Below, piece by piece: positions 1 through 10,293 of a stretch of DNA of 64,000 nucleotides (positions are counted from its first letter, which is position 1; every line of letters starts with the position of its first letter). The DNA lies in assembly GCF_018977255.1 (NCBI RefSeq), contig NW_024704743.1, positions 89,034,001 through 89,098,000 of the forward strand, in the 5' to 3' direction. The notes beneath the pieces were generated by a model. The model saw only the letters and a list, made by a program, of their open reading frames with translations, searched no databases and was not told the origin of the DNA. Position numbers and translations under genes: made by a program. This DNA is from Callorhinchus milii. Its lineage: Eukaryota.

Positions 1-112
1 AGCCACGAAAAATACATTCAATTCACTTTCCAGTATATTCTGTGAAGTGTTTTGAGACATGTCTCACAACGTGACAAAGCGCTACATCAAATGGAAGGAT
101 TATTATCATTAT

Positions 113-640
113 ACAAAATTTTGCTTAGACCACATTTGGAATATTGTGTGTGTCCAATTCTGGTCTCCACACTATGAGAAAGATATAGCAGTAATGGAAA
201 GAGTACAGCATAGGTTTACTAGAATAATACCAGGGCTGGCAGGTTACTGTTATCATGATAGGTTGGATAGGTTAGACCTTTTTTCACTTGAGAAGAGACA
301 CTTAAGGGGAAACCTAATAAAGGTGTTTAAAATTACTGAATAAGAGGGTTTGATAAGATAAACATAAATAGGATATTTCTACTGGATGGGGAGTCCGTAA
401 CCAGGAAACAGGTATAAGATTGCGACTAGGAGATCTAAAAGAGAATTTAGGAGGAACTACTTCACAAAGATTGTGGAACTCACTACCTGAAACTGTGGTT
501 GAATCAGGTAGTATAGATCCATTCAAAAGGAAGCTAAATCTTTACATGAGGTAAAGGGGAATCGAAAGGTATGGGAGTAAGGATTGGGTGAAGATGGACT
601 AGTCAGGCCAAGTGGCCTGTTTCTGTACTGTACATTCTTT
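113..640 (+). mobile_element. CR1 LINE 3' fragment
   Basis: CVQFWSPHYEKDIAVMERVQHRFTRIIPGL...LFSLEKRHLRGNLIKVFKI is the typical CR1 ORF2 C-terminus, followed by a ggcctgtttctgtactgta 3' end. Confidence 0.88.
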
Positions 641-1024
641 GCACATCTTTACATAAATTGAGCTTCATTTTATCATACCTCATTCAGGAAAAGCATTGGA
701 ATAAGAGGGGAAATGCAACTTGTGATGTAATAATAATCACTGGTGATAAGTGCCCTAAAAACCTGTCACCAACGATAGATTTAGGGAACGAACACTCCTG
801 ACTTTGAGGGCATGTTGTTTCCCCTCAGAGCTGCTGATGGTTCAACACTAGCCCCAGTATATAAGGAATGGGGCTGCTGTTTTTGCCTGCCAATGTTTTA
901 AGATTCCTTAAAAGATAACACCCAAAATATCAAACCTGGTAATGAGTTCCAACTGCTGACTATCCTGAGTAAAGAAATAATAATAATGGTTATTGTGTTA
1001 ATGTGTTAAAATTGACCTACACAA

Positions 1025-1367
1025 TAGTAATAACCCTTGCATTTGAGACGTCTCAAAGCGTTTCACAGAATACGATGTAAAATGAATTGATTGTATATTT
1101 TGTGGGCAAAATAAATTGCACCCAGCAGGGTCCGACAAACAGTCATGGATTGAGTGACTAATTTATTATTATTATATATTATTTGGAAGGAATTATTACC
1201 CCCGGAAAAGCAATCCACCAATTGACTAACGACCAGGTTCCGACTTACTGCTAGGTAAACAGAAGCGTGTGGAGTAAGGAAACTTGCCCAACATTTCACC
1301 CGGCCGGGAATCGAACCCAGGTCTCTCGCTTGCGAGGCGATTGATCTATCCACTGAGCTACAGGACT
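1025..1367 (-). mobile_element. tRNA-derived SINE, long variant
   Basis: The minus strand starts gtcctgtagctcagtgg (A box) ... ggttcgattcc (B box), then ttgggcaagtttccttactcc...gtttacctagcagtaag and the common 3' tail. Confidence 0.88.
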
Positions 1368-1709
1368 TAACAAGCTTGAACCTGTGACCACTCTTCCTGC
1401 TAGCTTGGTGTATCTAAAACTATAGTTCTGCGTTTATTTTCTGTTTTAGCAACTTATAAAAAAGGTTATCTCTGAGATATCAATTTTGAAACCTGAGTAG
1501 CCTTAGCTTATCTAATCATTTCTAGTAGCTCATCCCTCTTGACTGGGAATCAACCTCTCCACACTGCCTCTAGGATGTTAGCCTTTTAAAATAATAAAGA
1601 CAATTGACAAATTGTTCGGAACAAATCTCTCTTGTAGATGAATCAAGAACAAGACAATATAATCTTAAAATTAGAACTAAAATCTGAAAGTGAATCAGAA
1701 AACATTTGA

Positions 1710-1874
1710 TCACACAAAGGCTATTTTAAATCTGTGTCTTCGGGTTACTGACCCACCTACCAATGGAAATAGTTTCTCCTTGTTCACCCTATCAAATCCC
1801 CTCACAATTTTGAAAACTTCTATTAAGTCTCCTCTTAACCTTCTCTTCTCCAAGGAGAATCATTCTAGCTTCTA
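1710..1874 (-). mobile_element. CR1 LINE fragment
   Basis: Reverse complement of the FSLEKRRLRGDLIEVFKI region; similar to 44300-44460. Confidence 0.8.
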
Positions 1875-2819
1875 GTGGCTATGCATTGGAAAAAGAGATC
1901 TGTAGGATATTCTTTGTACAAATTTGCATAGTTTTGAATCAGGCCCTGTAGAGATTTATAGATTAACAGGTAATTTTGTCAGGATACCAGATGGCAAAAG
2001 TTTACGGAAAATTGACTTAAAGGAAACTGACCGAACGAATAGTCCTTGTATCTATTCTAACAAAATGTACCAAGAGCACAGAGGGGCATGGCTCTAGATT
2101 CTCTCTCCCTTAACTTCCGTTAACGCTGCAAGCCAAAGGCCTAAACAGATAAGGTGGTCTGAGCTGGACAAGCAGCAGGAAGCATGCCAGACAGTGATAT
2201 CAATAGCATTTATGCTGATTTAATTGGTTCAACACTAGCATTATCCATACACTCAAAAGCAAGGAAATAATGTTGAACTTGCACATGAACTTACTTAGGC
2301 CACAGCTGAAGTTCTGAATTCAATTTTGGCCAATTCTAACAATGCAACTATAAAATCCAGCTTTTNCCCCCAATTACAGGAAAAAAATAGGATTTGAGTC
2401 ATCCATTGCAAGAAATAAGTGATAAAACAGAGCTGAACTAACAGCTGTAAACCTCAAATAAGTGTGTGAACTTAATTGGAGGCTACTCCTTTACTCCAAC
2501 AATGGAGAACTATCTAATCTCTAATATAGTGCAGTAAGTCTTACACTATATATTAATCAAGATTTTTTACAGAGAATTATATTAAAAGAAAGGAAGAGAT
2601 GTGAGACTCCAGAAACTTAGAAAGATTTAGAAAGTGGAAGTTCAGCAAGTTAATTTGAGTTCATGGTACAGTTGAATGAGAGAAACTCTGTTACCCTGCT
2701 AGAGTTGCAGAGAAGCAGATTTAAGCATGTGGTCTTCCTGTGACAGACTTATGTAGTAAAAGCCTTCTAATAAAGAAGTCGGAAAGTCAAATTGGAAGTT
2801 GAGAAAGTATCCTAAGATG

Positions 2820-2930
2820 AAAACAAAAACAGGAGTTGCTGGGAACACTCAGCAAGTCAGGCAGCATCTTTGGAGAAAGGAAAGTGAGTCAACATTTCGG
2901 GTCCACGACCCTTCGTCAGAACTCAGACCC
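2820..2930 (-). mobile_element. Short Penelope-like element terminal-repeat fragment
   Basis: aaacaaaaacaggagttgctgggaacactcagcaagtcaggcagcatctttggaga...; homologous to 13911-14018 and 20153-20365, and contains the hammerhead motif. Confidence 0.7.
2885..2925 (-). ncRNA. Minimal type I hammerhead ribozyme motif (Penelope-like element)
   Basis: The minus strand reads TGAGTT CTGACGA A GGGTC-GTG-GACCC GAAA TG TT GACTCA. It has stem I TGAGTT/GACTCA, the CUGANGA and GAAA core boxes, and a 5-bp stem II. Confidence 0.7.
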
Positions 2931-3000
2931 TCTCCAGTTGCACTATAAGCATTTGGGTCAAAGCTGAAGAATTTTCCAGTCAGCATATACAATGGGATCA

Positions 3001-3282
3001 ATAACAACAACAAAATTACATTTGTCTACCGCCTTTCGAGGTGGGAGGAAGTCCCAAGGCATTGGACAGACAGAGTTTCAGACCCGAGCCGGGGGTCAGG
3101 GTCGGGACGGGTGGAGGGCAGGGGGGGAAGCAGGGAGATCAATAGCACGGTCGAAGAGGAGGGTCTTGAAGGATGCAAGGGAGGGGATGAGGCGGAGGGA
3201 CTGTGGGATGGAGTTCCAGAGGATGGGGACAGAGTGGCAGAAGGTGAAGACCAGGATCTTGAACTGTATCCTCTGTTGGGAG
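3001..3282 (-). mobile_element. L2 LINE 3' end
   Basis: (aac)n tail followed by aaaattacatttgt..gcctttc..gggaggaagtcccaaggc, the reverse of the L2 stem-loop tail, plus a deleted ORF2 end. Confidence 0.85.
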
Positions 3283-3324
3283 CCTTATTAAGTTAGTACC
3301 TTAAAACAGAGGTTCGAGTTACAT

Positions 3325-4785
3325 TGAAACAGGAGTAGGCTATTCAGCCCCTCGACCCTGTTCTGCTATTTTATGACATCATGGCTGATCTGTACCTCAA
3401 ATCCAGTTAATCGCCCTTGCCCCATATCCCTTGATACCCTGATCGAATATCTAACTACCACTGTCTTGAAAATGTGAATGGATCCAACATCCACAGCCTT
3501 TTGGGGGGAAAGAATTCCAGATTTCCACTACCCTTTGGGCGAAAAACTACCTCCTAATTTCACTCCTAAATGGCTGGAGCTCTAATTTTAAGATCATCCC
3601 CTTTGTTCTGGATTCCCCCACCAGAGGACATAGGTTCTCCTTATCTACCCTTTCAAATCCCTTTATTGTTTTAAAAACCTCAATCAGATCACCCCTCAAC
3701 CTTCTAAACTCAAGGGAATAGAGACCAATTTTATGCAACGTGTCCTCATAATTTAACCTTTTAAGTCCTGGTATCATTCTGGTGAATCTGCGCTGCACCC
3801 CCTCCAGAGTCAATATATCCTTCCTGAGGTGCGGTGCCCAAAACTGAACGCAGTACTCCACATCATGTCTGCCCAAGGCTCTATATAGTTGAAGCATTCA
3901 TTCCCTCTCCTTTATATTTCAGCCCTCCTGAGATAAAGGCCAACATCCCATTAACCTTTTCGATAATTTTTTGTACTGTGTCCTGTAGCTCAGTGGTTAG
4001 AGCACTCACTTTGTAAGTGAGAGACCTGAGTTCAATTCCAGGTCAGGGCGAAACCTTGGGCAAGTTTCCTTACTCCACACGCCTAATAATAATCCCTCCA
4101 AAAAAACAAAACAATAATAAATTGGTCATTTTCAATCCATATGACTGTTTGTGGGACATTGTTGTGCGCAATTGGCTGCCGCTTTCGCCCACAAATATAC
4201 AGTCAATTCACTTTACAGTGTGTTCTGTGAAGCACTTTGGGACGTCCTCCCGACGTGAAAAGCGCTATATCAAATGCAAGGATTATTATTATTTTATTAT
4301 TATTACTGTAAGTTTGTTTTTAGTGACATGTACATGGATACCCAAATCTCTTTGCTCCTCCACAGTTCTTAGTTTCTCCCCATTTAGAAAATATTCTCTT
4401 TTGCTAATTTTGGATCCATAGTGGATGACCTCAAACTTCCACGCATTGAATTCCATTTGCCACAGTTTTGCCCACTCATTTAATCGATCTAAGTCCCTTT
4501 GTATCTTCCTGCTCCCATCTATACAATTTACTGTGCCTCCTAACTTTGTGTCATCTGCATATTTGGATATAAAACTCTATTCAACCAAGTCATCATTTAT
4601 ACATATGGTGAAAAGCTGAGGCCCAAGTACAGACCCTGGGGGACTCTGCTTGTCACATACTTTCAATCAGAGAAAGTTCCTCCTATCCCTACTCTCGGTT
4701 TCCTGCGTCCCAACCAATTACAAAACCACATTGAAAGGTTATCTCTGATTCCATGCACTTTTATTTCCGCTAATAACCTCTTTGG
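3325..4785 (-). mobile_element. CR1 LINE 3' half, interrupted by a SINE
   Basis: ORF 3547..3897 LYRALGRHDVEYCVQFWAPHLRKDILTLEGVQRRFTRMIPGL..LRGDLIEVFK. The RT region ([15 protein letters not shown]) lies near 4620-4650 on the minus strand. Confidence 0.92.
3980..4303 (+). mobile_element. tRNA-derived SINE, short variant, nested in CR1
   Basis: Head gtcctgtagctcagtggttagagc, (att)n tail, and TSD TACTGT at 3974-3979 and 4304-4309. Confidence 0.93.
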
Positions 4786-4795
4786 ATTTATTGGA

Positions 4796-5165
4796 TTTCC
4801 TCTCCCGCTCCAGGCTCCGGGAACCTATCAACCCCATTCTTGCCGAGCTTCACTGGCTCCTGATTCCTCAAAGAATCAAGTACAAAACCCTTGTTCTTAC
4901 CTTCAAGGTCCTCCAAGCTCTTGCTCCCCCCAACCTCTCCGACCTCATAACCCCGTATCAGTCTGTCTGCTCGGTGAACACTGGCCTGCTTCAAGTCCCC
5001 CGCACGTTCCGCCCCACCATTGGCGGTCGGGCATTCAGCATCTCTGTCCCCATACTCTACAACTCTATCCCGCAATCCCTCCACCTCACTCCCTCAACCC
5101 CTCTATTGCCTCCTTCAAGTCCTGTTTGAAGACCTTCCTCTTTGATTGGGCCTTTGGCCATCCTC
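4796..5165 (+). mobile_element. L2 LINE ORF2 C-terminal fragment
   Basis: REPINPILAELHWLLIPQRIKYKTLVLTFK...IGGRAFS, the L2 ORF2 C-terminal signature. Confidence 0.85.
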
Positions 5166-6184
5166 CCAAATTATGACTATTGTTATCTGCAATTTCCACC
5201 CCTACTTCCTTTAATACCCTGGGATGGAATCCATCAGGTCCTAGAGATTTGTTGATCTTTACTTCTCCATTACCATTTTTTAATTTATATTAAATCCATT
5301 TAGTACTTCTCTGTCTTATTTTTAGGTTCCCTTGTACCGCTTGAATTTTGTCCTCTTCCTCTACAGCGTGAGTTACCTCAAATTGTATTTGCATGATACA
5401 GTAATTGGAAATAAGATTTGTGTCAAAGTGCCAAGGATAACAGAAGGCGGATTCCCATGTTTGGCTTGTCAGTATTGAGTGCGTGAATTCTCGGGAACTT
5501 TTAACCGGCAACTATAATCCAGTCTCAGTCACATTCTGGAAGTGCCACATCAACATTCACTAGCTAGGGCTATAGGAAATGACTACACCTCATTAAGTCA
5601 TACATGAGGGAGAAGGAAACATAAGAATATGGGAGGGGATTGGAGAAAGGGGATTAAGAGAGATGGAGACTCATGAGCATAAACACCAGCACCAGGATTA
5701 TGATGGGCTGAATGTTCTATTATGATAGATATGAATCGTTGAATTTCAAGTATTCTTCCAAATAATGGGAAAGACACCATCAACTTTGAAATAGTTATAG
5801 TTTACTTAAAGGAACTCAGTTTACCTAAAGCTCATCAACATCCTGGAAATATGAGTGAAACTAATACCAATTCTGATGTCAGAGCCTTGAGACGCCCTCC
5901 TGACATGAAAAGTATTATACAAATGTAATTTGTAGTCATTGTTGATACCTTGTAACAATGCATCAAAGAAGCAGATTGTTTCTATTGCTTTCTGGTGATT
6001 TGCAATCAGTTTCTCAACTGCTGCTGTATGTTATTCAACATGAAGAGTGGTATTGTTAGGATATTTATTCCATAGCCTTTGAGTTCTTAATAATGTTTAC
6101 ACCGTTGCTACTATAACTAGCTCTGCAAGCAAATGTTCAGACCTTTATTATTAGTTATAGTTAAATCTTTTGGATCTCACAAAT

Positions 6185-7489
6185 TGTTAGAATTTACACT
6201 TTTTGTATAATGTTAGAATCATAATAGATGTTGCGAACGGGTTAACTTTTAAGTTAAGTGTGTTCTGGGCAGCTGGACTGAAACAATCAAGCCTTGACGA
6301 ACGTTTAATGATGTTGCATGTCTGATTGTTTTTAAAGCTGAATATTTGACTATATTACCTAGGAAGTTTGTGATTGTCTCCTTGTCAGGCATTTGAGTAC
6401 GCTGGCGATCGCACCAGGCATTTATGTGCGCTGATGTGCGTGTGAACGACATTCGAATATGTTGATATATTGTGTGTCGATGTGGAAATTGCGTAAGTGA
6501 TGGAATAACTTTCGGGCGTTCGAACAGTCAGTGGGAAATCCCCTATTACCTCTGGGTAAGGAGAGGGACCGGGACCGACAGTAATTGTGGCTGTGGTCAC
6601 TGGAAATAACCTGTTGGTTACGACTGAGCTGTGAAACTCGAGAGAAAGCTCATTAAGAGAGTTTGCCTCCTGGAAGTACCATCCTCCCTCCCAGGTTGTG
6701 TGACCTTGTACTATTTTTCTGACTTTGTATTATCTGTCTTTTTGTACTATCAGGTTGTGTAACCTTGTAGTATTTTTCTGATTTTGTATTTTTTTTTTGC
6801 AATTTTGTGATGCCTCATGTTCATTCGGTATCAAGGTGGGGACTGTTAGAATTTACACTTTTTGTATAATGTTAGAATCATAATAGATGTTGCGAACGGG
6901 TTAACTTTTAAGTTAAGTGTGTTGTGGGCAGCTGGACTGAAACTCCCTGCACGTACACGAGATAACGGACTGTCTCAAGGACAGTGCGTTTGTGTGTGTG
7001 AGGCACATACACCCCATGAGGTGTTCACGTGAACCCGGCATGATTTCGACCGGGTGATCTAATATCCACACCATGATTGGATGAACATTGGCATAAGAGT
7101 TCTGATAACTTTGTGTACGGGGCGGAGACAAGGATACGGGAGATGGAGCCGTCCCAGATCGTGGAGACAAGGATACGGGAGATGAAAGACTGAGAGCTGG
7201 AAACACTAAGACTGAGGATATTAGATGGAAGATTGAAAGCTGTAAGCAAGAAGACTGAAAGCATGAAGAATCAAGCTTGTGTGCTGGAAAGACACAGTGT
7301 TGAACTCTTGAACTCGAGATATCTATAGTGGTGTTATTCTGTTATAAGATCTGTTGATTGTACCGGCCTTTGGTCTGACCCATCGGGATATTGGGGAATA
7401 ACGAACGAATTATAATAAAACAGTCTGATATCTGGTTAGAGGAATTAGCGTTATTTCCTTGCAGATTTGGCTGATTTTATTTTCTAACA
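6185..7489 (+). mobile_element. Internally deleted LTR retroelement (ERV or Gypsy): 100-bp 5' LTR stub, internal remnant, full 646-bp 3' LTR
   Basis: 6185-6284 matches 6844-6943 at 99/100 bases. Termini TGTTAGAA...TTCTAACA form an 8-bp inverted repeat. A 4-bp TSD AAAT is at 6181-6184 and 7490-7493. A purine-rich tract aaggtgggga-c precedes the 3' LTR, and AATAAA lies near 7414. Confidence 0.88.
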
Positions 7490-7544
7490 AAATGAACAAC
7501 TAAACTGCTAACAAGCAGTTTAGTTGTCTCTCGAAGGAATGTGT

Positions 7545-8850
7545 CAACTTTGCAGTTGGTAAAGCTCTTGTCTCTAGGTCGAAAGTATGCATAGGTTCAA
7601 GGCTGACACTCCAGTGCAGTACTGAGGGAGCCTCTGCTCCATTGTCAAGGTGACATTTTTTCAAATGAGATGTTAACAATAAATTGCATGTATGTAGCGC
7701 CATTCACGTCACAAGGACTTCCCCCCGCACTGTCATGCCTGGCATCCCCCAGGTCTCTGTCCTTGGCCCTCCCCTCTTTAATATCTATATGCTCCCCCTT
7801 GGTGACATCGTCCGCAGACATGGGGTCAACTGCCATATGTATGCGGATGATACCCAACTCTATCTTTCTGCCTCCACCCTCAACTCCAGGACCACTGCTG
7901 TCCTGACAGACTGCCTGTCGGACATCAAGTCATGAATGAGGGCAAATTTCCTACAGTTGAATGTGAACAAGACTGAGGCCCTCCTGATTGGCTCGCACCA
8001 GTGCCTCAGCACCTCAGGCTCTGGCAGCAACAAACTCCATGGCTGTACACTACAACTCACCAAACAGTCAGGAACCTCAGTGTCTTGTTCGACCCTCAAC
8101 TTTGTTTTCTTCCCCACATCCAAGCCATGACCCGCTCTGCCTTCCCTCACCTCCGTAACATCGCCCGACTCCGCCACTATCTCACCCCACAGGCTGCTGA
8201 AACTCTTGTTCATGCTTTCATCACCTCCAGGCTCGACTATGCAAACGCCCTCCCTGCTTATCGGCTTTCCCAACTCCTCCCTCCACAGGCTGCAGATAAT
8301 CCAGAACTCTGCAGCCCATGTCCTCTCCCGCACCAATCTCTGTGACCCCCATCCTCACCCAACTCCATTGACTCCCTATCCTTCAGAGGATCCAGTTCAA
8401 GATCCTAATCCTCATCTACAAAGCCCTCCATGGCCTCGCCCCACCCTACCTCTGTGACCTCCTAACCCCCTACCAACCCGCCCATTCCCTCCGCTTAGCC
8501 AGCTACGGCCTGCTCCACGTCCCCCAACTCACCCACCCTACCGTTGGTGGGAGAACTTTCAGCCACTCTGCCCCCAACCTCGGGAATTCCATCCCCCAAT
8601 TACCCCAATCACACTGTGGAGCGCCTTGGGACATCCTCCGGACATGAAAGGCACTATACAAATGTAATCTTGTTGTTGTTTTTGTTCCTAAGGGTTTAAA
8701 CTAAAGTCCTGTCTATCTGGTCAAATAGCATGGAGTTAAATATCCCCATGGCACTATTTGAAAAGAGAGAAGATTTTTGTGGTGTTTTGACCAACAATCG
8801 TATTGATAAATCACCTTATGGCTGTTTCCTGGCTGCCTGACTGCTGTAGG
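7545..8850 (+). mobile_element. Old Deu-type SINE (7545-7676 and 8690-8850) split by L2 sequences
   Basis: aggctgacactccagtgcagtactgaggg...gagatgttaa resumes after the L2 as ...atccccatggcactatttgaaaagag. The same family recurs at 29055, 30010, 49283, 52128 and 61770. Confidence 0.65.
7722..8683 (+). mobile_element. 5'-truncated L2 LINE
   Basis: [71 protein letters not shown], with a (ttg)n tail. Contains several frameshifts. Confidence 0.93.
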
Positions 8851-9067
8851 CCACATCAACAAGCCACCAATCCACTTTCAGAAACGTTCACCTGGCTGGA
8901 ACTTTTCTGAACATATTCTGTGTTCAGTCTGTGGCCAGAATGAGTGAATCTCAAATGGTGGTTTACTAAGCTATGAAGTAGTAAATAGTGTAAATAATGA
9001 CAGAGCAGAGTCGCATGACAATTACACCGACTGCTGGTGTGGGCATTCCTCACATGGGAGTATCATC

Positions 9068-9401
9068 GTGGAGTCCTGTAGCTCAGTGGTTAGAGCACTC
9101 GCTTTGCAAGTGAGAGACCTGAGTTCAATTCCAGGCAGGTCAGGGCGAAACCTTGGGCAAGTTTCCTTACTCCACACGCCTAATAATAATCCCTCCAAAA
9201 AACCCAAAACCAATAATAAATTGGTCATTTTCAATCTACGACTGTTTGTGGGACATTGCTGTGCGCAATTGGCTGCCGCGTTCGCCCACAAATATACAGT
9301 CAATTCACTTTACAGTGTGTTCTGTGAAGCGCTTTGGGACGTCCTCCCGACGTGAAAAGCGCTATATCAAATGCAAGGATTATTATTATTATTATTATTA
9401 T
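9068..9401 (+). mobile_element. tRNA-derived SINE, short variant, young
   Basis: Full head gtggagtcctgtagctcagtgg, nearly identical to the 41587-41941 copy, with an (att)n tail. Confidence 0.94.
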
Positions 9402-10007
9402 TTTGAGACGAGGACAACTGACAGCCTGAAAATGTTTAACACTGCAATAGAATGAATGTCCCACAGCAGTTCTTCGCTCTGTTATCTGACCTTGAAACAC
9501 AATCCCTGGTACACCCCACCTTAACTGATACAAATAACCGGAGAACAACAGACAACCGGGAGTGACTGTAAATCTGGAAGCACAATCGGTTGGCATGAAA
9601 TTCCCACATCAGTGAAATCCAAGTGAATACATTCTGAGGCACCTAAACATGTCACACCCTCAAGTGACATGTGTAAGGTAATAGTTCTTAATGTTGTTCT
9701 TTGGATTGAGTGCCATTCGCACCAAAGGCACCAGAGAACTGACTGCAGAACGAAACGATGTTATACAACTCGTGATTCGCATGAAATAACAACTTGTTGG
9801 GAGGAAAGGGGGAAGAGTTTGAAGAGTTTAGCATTCGAGTGGCGCAGCGATGATGCGGGAAAACGCCGCATCTGCAATTGGTTTCTCACCAGAGAGGAAC
9901 AGTTACAATATCCAATGGAAGTGAACCGCGTGTTATGTGATGTTGGTAAAAGACTTGAGGGACAACCCCAATGGCTGTGCAATGTGTAAGTGATGGTGTT
10001 ATCATAC

Positions 10008-10198
10008 CCTTCCCCCACAGGACTGTCGAACTGCAGGCACTTGACCGCCACGGTTATCCTCCAGTCGCTGTGCCGGGCTCTGTACACCACGCCATAGCCT
10101 CCTTTGTTAATGTAATGCAAGTCCACCAGCTTCTGGTAAGGGATCACGTCCAGAGTGGAAGAGATGTCGGATAAGCTCTCTCCTCGCGAATCCTCCAT
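10008..10198 (-). CDS. RIPK2: First coding exon of receptor-interacting serine/threonine kinase 2 (kinase N-lobe)
   Basis: Translates to MEDSRGESLSDISSTLDVIPYQKLVDLHYINKGGYGVVYRARHSDWRITVAVKCLQFDSPVGE(G). This matches the vertebrate RIPK2 N-terminus (IPYxKLxDLxY, Gly-rich loop, HxDWR, VAVK catalytic lysine). The ATG has a good Kozak context (GCAATGG). The exon is 191 nt and ends at GAAGG|GTATGA, a phase-2 donor at the same aligned position as, from memory, mammalian RIPK2 exon 1. The rest of ORF 9761..10198 is intron read-through. Confidence 0.92.
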
Positions 10199-10245
10199 TG
10201 CAGCTTTTCAAAAACACATGCACCGCGCAAACCCCAACTCACAGC

Positions 10246-10268
10246 CCCCGCCCCGCCCCGCCCTGCCC
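10246..10268 (-). promoter_or_regulatory. Tandem GC boxes (Sp/KLF-type) just upstream of the RIPK2 ATG
   Basis: ccccgccccgccccgccctgccc reads as repeated GGGCGG on the minus strand, about 50-70 bp upstream of the ATG, in a locally CpG-rich patch. Confidence 0.55.
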
Positions 10269-10293
10269 TCAGCTCCCCTCCTACACCCACCCA

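Noticed and set aside
2366..2366. Ambiguous base n (another at 23479)
   Set aside because: Assembly uncertainty next to homopolymers. It is not biological, but it warns that single-base frameshifts in runs may be errors.
9072..9147. tRNA-Ala gene (also at 3980, 12885, 17321, 41870, 55450 and others)
   Set aside because: Each tRNA-like head runs directly into a SINE body and tail and carries copy-specific mutations, so these are SINE heads.
9761..10007. C-terminal part of the 145-aa kinase-like ORF
   Set aside because: Similarity to RIPK2 stops at the GT donor at 10007; the remainder is intron read-through.
1..10007. RIPK2 exon 2 (expected ERxxLLxEAExLHKARF...TEYMxNGSL)
   Set aside because: Not found by eye on the minus strand. 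It probably lies beyond the window start, though a tBLASTn search would be needed to exclude a missed exon.
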